Below are positions 36,900-48,688 of a stretch of 48,688 bases of DNA, piece after piece. The stretch is from contig NC_068987.1 in assembly GCF_001194135.2 (NCBI RefSeq), forward strand, positions 52,473,949 through 52,522,636, written 5' to 3'. Numbering within the stretch: the first letter of the stretch is position 1; every line of letters begins with the position of its first letter. A model generated the notes under the pieces. That model made no database searches. It was not told the DNA's origin and worked only from the letters and a program-made list of their open reading frames with translations. The translations under genes were made by a program, and so were the position numbers. The stretch is from Octopus bimaculoides. Taxonomy: Eukaryota.

Positions 36900-38200
36900 T
36901 GTGAATATACCGTCAGTGTCTGATGTAGATGTAGCATCAGATATTGGCCACATCTTTGATAACATACTTGGTGATTTCACAATAGATGATTTGAAGAAAT
37001 CCTTAAAAACAGCACAAAATGGAAACAATGCTGCATTGGCTAACATTTAATCTGAATTCTGGAAAATAGGAGAATTCAGCGGCAGTTTGTTAGGCTTCTG
37101 AAACATAGTCGACAATGAAGACAAGATTGGCAAATAGGTAGAAAGCTGTATAGTCCCATTTCCAAAGAAAGTTGTTCTGGGCCCCACGATCAACAACTAA
37201 AGCATCACTCTTACAGCCATCGTTACAAATATTTGTAATTTACTCCTCCGCATCAGGATACAACCAAAAATTCTGAAAGTTTTGAGAAGTAATCGAATCA
37301 GTATGAGAAAATAAATAAATCAACTGTTGGATTAATACTTGCAGTTCGTCGTGTACAGGAAGAAGAAGAATACAGAAATATTGAAGCAGTATTACTGTTT
37401 GTCCATAAGCTAAATCCATCGAGGTAAAATGTAAATAATCATACTGGCGTATGGTATCCCCGAGGAAGAAACAGCAGCATTTATGAAGCTCTATAACAAC
37501 ACTAAACCAATGGAAAGTTCCCCAGACGGTGATACAATTTTCTTTAACATCAAAGCCAGAGTACTCCGGGGTAACATACTGCTGTCTTTTCTCTTTCTGA
37601 TCACTCCGGATTATGTCCTCGGGATACCGCTTCTCAAACTAGACAGTCTCGGTTTCACACTCGCGAAAAGTAGATCGTTCGATCACCTAGCTCATATAGT
37701 AAGTAGATTATGCTGATAATTTAGCCATTATCTCTGACACAGAATCAGATTCTATCTAATTACTTGATAGTCCATTATTAAATGCAAATGATGTTAGATT
37801 GCTTATTGCTCCTAGTAAAACGAAGTTCATTGCTCACAATCAACAAGGATCCATCATCAAAAACTGTGGAAACCTCATCACTGAAGTTGATGATTTCACG
37901 TGCCTAAGTTGGGTGATAGCCTGAACTTACACGGACGTAAAAACTCGGACAGCCAAAGCATGGTCTGTCCTAATGAAACTGGATGTTGTATGGAAATCAA
38001 CCCTGTCAGATAATCATTAGAGAATTTTTTTTTATATCGAGCAACATGCTAGAAGCTGGTATTAAAGAATGATGTAACTTACATGTGAATGTTTAGAGCA
38101 GTCTTAAGCATATCTTGAGAAACTCATCCGGCCAAGAAACAGTGTGTATGAAAATCTACCTTTTTCCACCGATGTAAGGGAATGGAACTCGTAAACAAAA
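36900..38200 (+). mobile_element. RTE-clade LINE RT fragment (decayed)
   Basis: SCIVPFPKK, SITLTAIVTNICNLLL, AYGIPEE, LYNNT...SSPDGDTIFFNIKARVLRGNIL, YADN at 37709-37720 (YADD motif), KAWSVLMKLDVVWKS. Confidence 0.92.
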
Positions 38201-38287
38201 GCTGGCAAGTACCTGATTCTTGTTTAGCAGACCAACCTGATTTTAAATAGGGAAAACAAGTGATCAAATCTTATATTTTAATCAAAC

Positions 38288-39253
38288 TTAAACGTCAATA
38301 TAGTTTCCATGTTTATCTTTGACAGCTGTCCATCTACTCGTAAGCTTTTTAATTCCCTTATTAAAAATACTCTTTCGGTTTCGAAAAGTAGAACTTTGAA
38401 AGGTTAGTTTCGACTTCCTCACTTGTTCCGACAGGGAATCCATCCAAACTACGGACCAAATGGTAATCTGAAGAATCATGGTCTGGGGAATAAGGCGGAA
38501 AAGAAATGTTCTTCCAGCCAAGTTCCGCGATCTTCTGTGACGTGATCTTTGCAGTGTAGGGATTTACATTCTCCTGATGAAACAACACTCGTTTTCCATT
38601 CACTAACGAAGGCCTTCTTTCTTCGAAATAGCGTTCAAGCGCTGTAATTGCTGAGAGAGGATTTGAATGTTGGTTGTTGCATTAGTTGGTAGAAACTCAA
38701 AGTGGATGATTCCTTTGGAGTTCCAACAAACAGACAAAAAAACCTTCTTTGCATAGAGTTCTCGTTTTGGTTGTGGTAGATTGTAGTTCTTCTTAGTTTT
38801 CCTTTTCACCAAGCCAATGCCTACGGCGCTGAGCGTTTTGGTTGCAGACCCATTTTTCAACACCGGTCACCTGTCTGTCCAAAAAGGGAGAGATGCGTTT
38901 ACGGGAACGAAGAGAAAAGCACTTGGGATTTGCAGTTGGCTTCATACAAATCATGAAGCAACCGTTTTCAGTGTTGGTGAAGATGGCAGTGAACAGTTGT
39001 ATGGCTTGAACGAAGCTTGCTTGAAAATTCTTCAACTGAAACTCCATGATGTATTTTGAAATCCTGCCAAAAGGAACTTGTCATCTAACTCAAATGGTCG
39101 TCCTGTTTGAGCCTCATTCTGAAGGCTCAAATCTCCAATTCTGAATTTTATAAACTGTCTTCTGCAAGTTCTTTGATTTAGACATTCACTTTCTTTCATA
39201 AGCTGAGTGAATATTTTAGCCTTTAGCTGCAAATTTTCCTTTTTTAAACTCAT
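38288..39253 (-). pseudogene. Second mariner transposase pseudogene (different lineage from the 26-kb copy)
   Basis: KFRIGDLSLQNEAQTGRP, LDRQVTGVEKW, KKVFLSVCWNSKGIIHFEFL, LFHQENVNPYT, PPYSPDHDSSDYHL, LTSRWTAVKDKHGNYIDV*. Multiple frameshifts. Confidence 0.93.
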
Positions 39254-39768
39254 AAAACAATATGTGCCTCAAATTCTCCTTAGATATTTCCATGTTTGAA
39301 GAGTTATAATTAGTGAAATTAATTAGATTATACTGCAAAATGAAATTTAATTAGCTTAAATATGTCCAAATAGATATAAGTATTACTTGATGTTATTAGA
39401 CGTAAAAAAAAAAATTGTTAAACTGTTTGAAGTCCAGACATTGCTTATGGGAGGAGCTGAAATATAAGTAATATTTGGACTTCGAGTATATCTCTAGTAG
39501 TATGCTGATTGACGCACTTTTATCGTTTCGGTTACCTAATGACGTCCAAGGTTACGATATAATTGTCACTGGATCTACGTCAGGGATTCCGCGTGGTTCA
39601 TTGCGTTTATAATGAATGAAGGAAACGGAAAATGGTTTTAGCAATGGGTGCAACACAACTGGATGTAGAATATCTCACCCATAGTGGACAGATGCAATCT
39701 GAGTCGAAACGATAGTTGTTTTGAATATAAATTCTTGGTAAATCCATTTTCATTTTCTCACGCATTTT

Positions 39769-39823
<55 letters not shown>

Positions 39824-39976
39824 TGTAAGGAGTAGTAAAACAGTCGACAGCTGACGAGTGAGTTATCTTCTATTCGTATAGTGTCCCTCATGTGTTTACA
39901 TAGTTTTCACTCGTTATATATATGCTCCAATCGACATTACCTATGCAGCAGGTGTTCGCTGGGTTGCAGGACAGAT

Positions 39977-40048
39977 GGTCCAGGAATCGAAACCACGATC
40001 TCGTGATCGTGAATACAAGACGCTTAACCACTAGGCCATCTCCTTCAC
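39977..40048 (-). mobile_element. Isolated tRNA-like SINE head (family D)
   Basis: gtgaaggagatggcctagtggttaagcgtcttgtattcacgatcacgagatcgtggtttcgattcctgg has A and B boxes. No acceptor stem, and no body is recognisable. Confidence 0.65.
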
Positions 40049-40312
40049 ACAGACTTAAGCATATACAGATAGATGTTTATGTTTCTCTCATTCGATCTAT
40101 CTATTTACTTACATATAAATAATTGATATGCTCGTGATATAAACCGGGAAAATAGAAATCCTATTGTACGTGGGATGTTATATTAAATCATTTTAGCTCT
40201 ACTTTAGCATAAGTATTGTATTGCAGTTGTATCAGAATATATTAAAAATTACATTACGTGTACCGCATACATATTATACATACTTATATGTGCATATGCA
40301 TATCTATATATG

Positions 40313-40354
<42 letters not shown>

Positions 40355-43257
40355 NNNNNNNNNNNNNNNNNNNNNNNNNNNNNNNNNNNNNNNNNNNNNN
40401 NNNNNNNNNNNNNNNNNNNNNNNNNNNNNNNNNNNNNNNNNNNNNNNNNNNNNNNNNNNNNNNNNNNNNNNNNNNNNNNNNNNNNNNNNNNNNNNNNNNN
40501 NNNNNNNNNNNNNNNNNNNNNNNNNNNNNNNNNNNNNNNNNNNNNNNNNNNNNNNNNNNNNNNNNNNNNNNNNNNNNNNNNNNNNNNNNNNNNNNNNNNN
40601 NNNNNNNNNNNNNNNNNNNNNNNNNNNNNNNNNNNNNNNNNNNNNNNNNNNNNNNNNNNNNNNNNNNNNNNNNNNNNNNNNNNNNNNNNNNNNNNNNNNN
40701 NNNNNNNNNNNNNNNNNNNNNNNATATACATATACATATTTATAAGCATATTTGTACATACGTTCACACATACATGCATTGTGTGACTCTGTGCATGTAA
40801 AAGTTTGTTTTTATGTAATCATAAGTTCTTCATTGAACAGAATAAATCAAATATTACAACACAAAATAATAAAGAGATGAAAATCGATATACTTAATACG
40901 TAAATCCGGTTTCTGTTCTTAATCAGATATATGTTAACGAAAAAATATTCCAGATATCTATTAAAACACTCACATCGTAGCATACACACATGGACACAGA
41001 TACATGAACAGAGATTATTTTTGCACTTCCACATACGTCTATACATAAATGTATTTTGATACGAACTCATGTATGATTTTTTGTAAATGCGTATAATGTT
41101 ACAGAAAAATGAATTGTAAATAATATTCTTGTTTATCCTACGAATATCTTGATTTGTTTTAGGCTGATCTAAGATGAATTATTGCATGTTGCATAAAAAC
41201 GAATGAGTATATATTATATTTGTGTTAATCTTACAATCACTACAGTTTTCTCTATTTAGTTCTTAAGATCATCAGCACTTTGCAATAATACATTGTTTGA
41301 GATATCTTAAATATAAACGTGTTTATAAACACACATTACACTATAGTTTTACTGTTTTCCAGTTTCGATTCCGCCCTGATGAAGCAAATACACGATAATA
41401 TATATTACCATTCCATAGTTTATCCAGACATTCATTGTACCATGTCATTGGACAATTTTCTAAAAATTCCTTCTGCATCAAGGACTTAGAGTGCAGTGCA
41501 GATTTAAACGTCATTAGTGATTCTCTTTCTCATTGCAATTATAATGTCATTAAATGAAACAAACTATATTCGGTATACAAGTTTATGTATGGAAGTCTGC
41601 ACCCAACTACACACTCATCATAGGGAATGAACATTGTGAACATTTTCCAATAATATTATATGTTTATTTCTTTTCATTTGTCTAGCTCGTAAACATCTAG
41701 CATCTTACTAAGTTGAGAACAGATTTTGTGGTAAGATGGTTTGACGTCTATTTTTAGCATACAAGGGATCCACATAGTGATCTCTCATAATCTTTATATT
41801 TAAATAGAATTCACGGTCCTCGGACAGTTTTAAATATGCTGACCACTAGTTGAAATTGATATTATTTAATAATATTAATTTCTACTCTTGCAATAACATG
41901 ATTTTCCATGAAATGATTTTCACACGAATATTTTTGTAAATATTCATACTTGTAATAGCTGTGATTAATAAACAAAAACAAAAGTTTACTTCTCTTCTTA
42001 ACTGTGCAATGGGGTTATCGAAAGTAGTTTCATCTTCATTTGGTGATGCATAAAATAAATTACACCTTTTGCCCGTCCACCAAATAATTCTTACAAGCAT
42101 AGTGACTTATATCGAACACAAACTGGCAATATAGTTCAGATTTTATTTGCATAAGACCGCATTCTTTGGAAGTGTTTTTAACTGATAATTTGAAGACTAA
42201 AACATGTTTTATTAGTTATGTGTTTATGAATTGAACATATGCTAATAGTTTTATCTTTCAAATTGCTGCTAGATTCTTTGTTAGTTGGATATAGAGTGAA
42301 ATAAGAATTTCTTTGTTGACGGGCATAATTTCGAAATAGTGTATATACGTGACATCGGAGAAGCTTAATCATAAATATTTCGCTTCGAATCTCATACTTT
42401 GACCGAAAATGTTGATTGTTTAATTCATTGTTTCTATAAATATTAACTATGTATTGCTCGTGACCTCTGAAATATTGAATCAGTCATACCTCACCATTTT
42501 CTTCATCAAGGACGTTCGATGTTACCTGTAACAATTTGGTGCCATCAGCATGGCCGACTTTACCGCAGAATTTTATCAAACATAGCAAGCAATCTTGTCA
42601 AAACTAAAGTGTCTTATGGTATCACATAATGACATACAATTCGCTTTAAGTATAATTACTCTACCTTCTTGTGACACTTATCTCTAATGATAAAACTCTA
42701 CGTTCTACTGGATATATTTTAATTTGCGGAAGCTTTCGAACCGATGACCTTCCTACTAAAGCAGATTCAAGTAAATAAAAAATAATAGGTTAGTATTTGC
42801 ACTAATATCATATACGATTGCTGTTAAAATCATTTAATGTTACAAGAAAGATAATTCTAATTAATGGTAGGTACTTTCAAATTTCTTTTTATTTCTCTAC
42901 TGTCGCTGGTAGGATTGTCAGATTTCTTCATCGTTCCAAATTTTGGCATTGAGATACATAGAAGCTGCTAGTCTGAAGTCCTGAAAGGACTGTGAAGTGC
43001 TGGTGCTGGTGCAGCTGTAAACTCCGCAGAATTATGGGTTACCATTCACGGATTTGATATCCAACCAAGTGCTTATTCAGAATCTGCGATGTTTCCTTTC
43101 ATTTGTATGATTCGGGAAGGCTAATACTACTAATGCAGTAGTATTGAAAGTAATCATCATGCAAAAGTATCCAGCACTCCATGGGGTAATATGATGATGT
43201 GCCGGGTACTGAGCAAAATGAAATCCATACACACATACATATCGTATACATATACAT

Positions 43258-43395
43258 AGATTAGCAAGAGAAGATACAAGTTGGTTTCGACATGCCTTCC
43301 GGACACAAACAAGGAACCTATCTGGGCCTACTGCTGACTTGGGATTAATTTTGTTTATTGCCGCAAAGACATCAGGAGCCCTAACGTTATGTCCA
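43258..43395 (-). mobile_element. CR1-like LINE RT N-terminal fragment
   Basis: DVFAAINKINPKSAVGPDRFLVCVRKACRNQLVSSLANL matches the pre-RT motif AI..L...SA.GPD......LK.C...L...L..L. Confidence 0.75.
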
Positions 43396-43589
43396 ATATA
43401 GTGTGATATACATACATACATACATATATACATACATACATACATATATACATACATGCATATAAGCGTGTGTGTGTGCATGTATGTATGTATGTATATA
43501 TTCATATATATATGCATACATATATATATAAATTATACATACACATATATATGTATATTCATATATATTTATATATACACACACACATG

Positions 43590-43628
<39 letters not shown>

Positions 43629-43723
43629 GCAGATGAGGATATGTATTGAAATTATCAAGCAGTAAATATAGACGTATAGACGCATCTACTTTTGTATCGA
43701 TTCCTCAGTGCAATGATTGAAAG

Positions 43724-43765
<42 letters not shown>

Positions 43766-44108
43766 GCCTTCCTGGAAAGGACGTCGGTCCGTCGCAGGAT
43801 CAGTGTAGTGATTGCTAAATAAATATTGCTAATTTTGAAATTGCATTAAGTACCAATTACTTTCACGCAATTTACTGATATATGGCTACGTCTGGTAAGA
43901 CATTACACATAGCTTGTTATAAAGAGGCTATATAATATTGGAAAAACATTAATACTTATTGAATATTTTTTCTATTTCTTAACGAGAAAATGTAGAGAAA
44001 ATATTTCGGGAAGGAGACGTCTATAATATATATACATACACATATGTATNNNNNNNNNNNNNNNNNNNNNNNNNNNNNNNNNNNNNNNNNNNNNNNNNNN
44101 NNNNNNNN

Positions 44109-44147
<39 letters not shown>

Positions 44148-45374
44148 CATATGTATATATATATATATATGTATATATCTCAATATATATATATAATGAG
44201 AAATATACATATTTACATAGATAAGTAATACACACGCTGACATGTTAGACTAAATGTTTTGAAAAATATTTTGTTTGCAAGGACTGATGTATTGAATTTC
44301 AATGACAAGCTTCTAAAAATCTTTAGATGATTAAAGCAGTTAACTTCTACCTTCGTGCTAGACATGTCAGTTCGAGTAAAACATTATACTATATCACCAG
44401 TGAATAGGTTGTCAATATACATTATCTATTTTGAAACTTACTGAACAATCTGCTCAATAATCACCACAACACGAAAAATAAAAACAACAAAAGAAGCAAC
44501 TCAGTTGTATTCATTTGATATCGAAGATATGTTCAGTCTCAGACACAAGCTCCGAATTCAAGCCATTTATTCTTTCTTCAAACAAAGAATACAATATAAA
44601 AAAAAATCATACCTGATGACCACTTAGAAAAAATTAAATATAAAGCAAAAGATTTGAAACTTTAAATGCGTATTCTAAATTCTAGATTTGCTGTCAGTTT
44701 TAACACTCTACTGATCTCTATATTTAATGAGACAGCATATATTTCCATTTAATTAGTTATCCTGTATACAATACCACAGATAATATGCCTTGAAACTGAC
44801 TGTCAGTATTTTATCTTAGCAGATATCAAACTGGTTCAGAACGGACGTTGTATTCTACAATTTCTCCTGTAATATTTCTTCAGCTACTTTGATTCCAAAC
44901 CACCCGAGGCCGCCACTAGTTATTTGATGCTTTTTTTTTTGTTCTTTTGAAGTATTCTAAAGTAAAACCTAACAATATTTCATGTTAACTTGTGTTCAAA
45001 AGGGTTTAATAACGAAAATCGTATTTTAATATATTCTTCATTAATTTCAAGAATCAAAGTTAGTCTATTCCAAGACCCAAAGTTAGTCAATTTCAATGCA
45101 ATTATTGTAAGAAAAATGTTAAATTATAATTATAAGACCTTTAAAAAATTAGTTCGTGTATGAATATAAAATGTTAGAGAATATCTACGAATTTATTTAC
45201 TGAGATACAAACCTGAGCAAAATTAACACACTACAAAGTTGTTTTTAGATAGTTTCTATTTTGGGACGCTATTACATATCTTGATGAATATCAGCAATTA
45301 TCAATTGTATTTTGTTACGGGTAGAAGATGCGCCTGGTTCAAAATAGTAGGTGTAAATTTAACGCTGAAATAAG

Positions 45375-45520
45375 CGTGTTTGAACACGGAACGTAAAGAC
45401 AGGCGGAATAGCCAGAGAGCTAACCAATGTCCGGAGAGCTAACGATTGTCCGGAGAGCTAACGATTGCCCTGAGAGCTAAAGATGTCTCAGAGAGCTAAG
45501 GATTAATCCAGCTCGCCGCC
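45375..45520 (-). mobile_element. SINE family C head with internal 5x 18-19-bp tandem amplification
   Basis: Minus strand reads ggcggcgagctgg, then five units of aatcgttagctctccggac, then tattccgcctgtctttacgttccgtgttcaaa. Confidence 0.75.
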
Positions 45521-45813
45521 ATATATTATATAACGATAGTAAATGACAATATAACACTTCTTTCTATTTCAGTTCGCAAACTTTCAATTCATTTACTAAT
45601 ATCTTTGAAATTGATCAATAGAGAATTATATTTATTTCATTTAAAATTAATATTTCCATGTAATAACGTGTCATCCCATATGTATTTATTTCATTGTATT
45701 ACAAATTCAGTTTCCGTGCTACGTTTTATTACTGGGCCAGACGTGTACCATAACATGAAGAAGTATATTACAGCATGTCTAAAAATATATAAAATTTCAA
45801 AGGAAAGCTGCAA

Positions 45814-45814
<1 letters not shown>

Positions 45815-45885
<71 letters not shown>
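45815..45885. repeat. (CT)n microsatellite
   Basis: Directly visible. Confidence 0.95.
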
Positions 45886-45887
<2 letters not shown>

Positions 45888-46048
45888 CTCTGTGTACATA
45901 TATATGGGTCCATTCACAGTGTGTCACACATTGGGCTAGTGTCATCTACAATTTCCCTAAGCCGACCAGAGTCGTGTAAGTAGATTTGGAATATATGTGT
46001 ATATATCCATGTGTATGCGTGTTTTGTGCTTATTTTTGTCACCTCGTC

Positions 46049-46194
46049 CCCATCGTTCGGCAACCGGTATTGATTTATTTACGTCTAGTGATAGGCTTCA
46101 AAAAATTTATTGAAGTCGATTTGTCTGACAAAAATCTACTAGGCTGGGTTTCAGCAAGTCCGCGGGCTAATGACTGAAACAACTAAACGATAAA
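46049..46194 (+). mobile_element. Degenerate SINE family A 3' half
   Basis: ccccatcgttcggcaaccgg...gtcgatttgtctgac...taatgactgaaacaactaaacga. Confidence 0.55.
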
Positions 46195-46213
46195 ACATAA
46201 AGATACATACACC

Positions 46214-46617
46214 TATATACATGGTGGTTGTCTACTCCTTAAACAGAGTTTGACCACCTCCTGCACCTACACCTTTCATGGCGTCTGATGTGGCTCTTTA
46301 AACCAGACAGTGTTTTGAAAAAACACCCACACAGATTGCACCTCTGATTTGCACTACCAATACCTGCAAGTAAGTTCTGCTCATTGTGGATCCTAACATG
46401 TCTTTTAAGACCCCCATTGGATTTGCAAACCCTCTGGTACACACCACATTCAAACATGTGCACAGACATATAATCAGAATAGCTGGGTGAGGTTTGTTTT
46501 CCATGGGTTCGCAGGTGAGATTTAAGGCCAGCCAAGGACAGACATGGTCTGTCACAGACTGTGCACACAAAAAGGTCCTTGTCATTCACCTTCTCAGTCT
46601 TCACCTTTTTCCTTAAA
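46214..46617 (-). mobile_element. 5'-truncated retrotransposon 3' end (probably RTE) encoding three C2H2 zinc fingers
   Basis: CTVCDRPCLSLAGLKSHLRTH (46503-46565), CGVYQRVCKSNGGLKRHVRIH (46386-46448; second Cys replaced by Tyr) and CNLCGCFFKTLSGLKSHIRRH (46278-46340). No TGEKP linkers. A short 3' tail aaggagtagacaaccacca runs into a TA-rich repeat. Confidence 0.7.
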
Positions 46618-47169
46618 TGCATACATACATACATACATACATACATACATACATACGTACATACATACATACATACGTACATACGTACATACATACATAC
46701 GTACATACATACATATGCACACACACATATGATAATTAATATGTTAAATCTAGACAATGTATTCAACCAAATAAATCATATATAATATGGCAGATATATA
46801 TCTACCATATGTTTCAAATATTTTATTCTGTGATTACAATTTCATAGCATAATTTAAGTTTATAGAAAATACCACATACAGTAAAAGAACAGAGACACAG
46901 GAATTTTGTATCATGAAGATTGGAAATAGTAAGCTGCATTTCCAGTTATTTAATTCATTGTTATATACATTGTGTGTATATTGTAGTTGGCTATAGGAGG
47001 TGAATATTCTTCAATTTCCAAAGAAAGATTTCGCTGTGAATTGTATCGTTTCTCAGCGGATTGCCGGAGTGATTTGGTATAAAATACATGTCACTGATAA
47101 TTAAAAATGTGCATACTCATACGTGTACTTATGTGTTAGATATGTGTTAGATATATATGGCTTTCAAAC

Positions 47170-47670
47170 TTTACCGGAAGGTAAGTCACTGGTCATGGAT
47201 GTGAACGGAAACGAAGCTTTTTGACTGGTTGCAGTGTACGCGCCGATTGGAGCAAAGCAGCCGGAGTTCTTCAGATGCTTTGCGGCCTTTCTATGGACGT
47301 CTCACTTCTTAGTATGAGTGGGCGATTAGAACGCCATTTTGGATGTACGTGTGAATTGATGGGAATAATGGATATGAAAAAGGAGTGCGCAAGCCTCACA
47401 AACATGCCCAGTTGTTTCTAACTAGCAGATAGGTTCAGACTGGATTTCCCGAATAGTCCAGTATGGATATGGGCAAACAGTGTCGGGTCATCCAGATCTT
47501 ATCTAGATAGATTACTGTGTAGGCCAGCAGATAGAAATAGCATAGTTTGTTTACAATTTGAATTCGTCACCTATACAGACAAGAAATTTGTGATCTGTAC
47601 GGTTGATCTAGATAGGCTCCATAGGCAGGAACCCAGATACTGGAAGCTGAATGCGTGCTTCCTGGCGCAT
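47170..47670 (+). mobile_element. Tx1/L1-like LINE APE endonuclease fragment (decayed)
   Basis: PEGKSLVMDV...F*LVAVYAP...EFFRCF...LV*VGD*NAILD, LADRFRL, SSRSYLDR, TYTDK (SDH-like), YWKLN. Confidence 0.88.
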
Positions 47671-47671
47671 A

Positions 47672-48356
47672 AAGAGACCGGCTCTACAAGAGGAGACGGG
47701 GTAGATGTAGATGTTCACTATTCTACAGTGATGCAAAGACGTGTACACGTAGCCAGAGTCAATATTGTCTTCTGAAAATCTGTTAACTCTATTGGGTATG
47801 TATGCAAATATATAAACAAGGGTTTCTAGATGCTGCAACATGCACTCTTATGCAGAATGGCAGTCAGCAGATGAATAATACAGACGAAGTTGCACAGTAT
47901 GACAGAAGGAGCTACAGCAGTACCTATGAGGCCTTTTAGCGCATCTGTATTTCTCCCATTCATGAGAGGCACCCAACCACCATTCATCTGGCTGTCAATC
48001 TAAAGAATGGCCACAAGGTTATCTTTACAAAATAAATAGCATTTCAAAAGGCACAGAAAACAAAGAATGTTCTTTAGCCAGAAGCTCTTACGTCATTTCC
48101 TTCAACGTATGTGATAGAAATTATCCCCCTTCAAAAAGTGGTAAATTTTATATTCGCGCTTTGTATGATAATTATTATTTTTGCCTTTTTGTACTATAAA
48201 TTCAGAATTGATTTCTCAATTGAAGAATCGATTGTATCGCAATGGAAGAATAAATTGAATTTAGAATAACAAATTTCTATACGACATATGTTGCTTTTTT
48301 CTAAAAATATATAAGGAACACTATCATTTCCGGGCAACGTCGGGTGTCTATGCTAG
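47672..48356 (+). mobile_element. Internally deleted Helitron: Rep fragment + 3' terminus
   Basis: LYKRR, ARVNIVF*KSVNSIGYVCKYINKG, DEVAQY..RSYSSTYEAF*RICISPIHERHPTTIHLAVNLKNGHKVIFT match RepHel motifs. Terminal hairpin ccgggcaacgtcggg (48330-48344) followed by CTAG|T (48353-48357). Confidence 0.85.
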
Positions 48357-48615
48357 TTAATTTCTATTTATATATTTGTTTGTGTATGTATAAATGTGTG
48401 AGTATGTGAGTATGTATAAAATTAAAAGTCTAAAAGTGAAGGTAAATTAGGTTACGAAATGCTACGTAAGAAAGGTAGCACGAAATGAATCTCAATATTT
48501 ATGCAGAAGAAGCTATATACAGAATAAAAAAAAGATATCTAAGATTACCAGAACTCAAGACGGAAGCCGGAAACTAAATCTACCATGGCACAATATCAAA
48601 ATCTCCTCACCAGGA

Positions 48616-48652
<37 letters not shown>

Positions 48653-48688
48653 TTTATTTAAAAGCAGCAGAAATATAACAAAAAAACC

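Noticed and set aside
39515-39595. ccgaaacg on minus with cctgacg upstream
   Set aside because: The core is not CUGANGA and no coherent stem II forms.
41260-41400. CTGATGA on plus (41376-41382) and minus (41269-41275), with a nearby cgaaac on minus
   Set aside because: The core halves are on the wrong strand or in the wrong order, and no complete stems I-III can be drawn. At most a badly eroded relic.
655-44243. Long ORF-track entries made of X runs and YI/HT/CV/SIYL repeats
   Set aside because: Artefacts of N-gaps and of di- or tetranucleotide microsatellites.
44611-44635. CTGATGA...GAAA
   Set aside because: No stem II or stem I pairing; expected by chance.
45412-45504. CRISPR-like repeat array
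   Set aside because: No spacers, eukaryotic context, and the units derive from a SINE head.

Overview
AT-rich, microsatellite-dense animal genomic DNA from a gapped draft assembly (14 N-gaps, most next to simple repeats). The repeat families point to a cephalopod, probably Octopus (inference). No intact host gene is recognisable. The window is mostly intronic or intergenic sequence holding decayed mobile elements: five tRNA-derived SINE types, CR1-like, RTE and Tx1/L1-like LINE fragments, a Penelope-like element (RT + GIY-YIG), mariner and maT-like transposase relics, MITEs and an internally deleted Helitron. The strongest unexplained signal is two unrelated non-coding elements that each carry a minimal type I hammerhead-ribozyme fold. 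One is a tRNA-headed SINE with an inverted partial copy at its 5' end (10.7-11.2 kb). The other is a ~352-bp partial tandem unit resembling an animal retrozyme (13.9-14.3 kb). A Penelope-like element in the same window is a plausible mobilising partner class. A few low-confidence spliced-exon candidates are noted. All alignments, translations and folds were done by eye.
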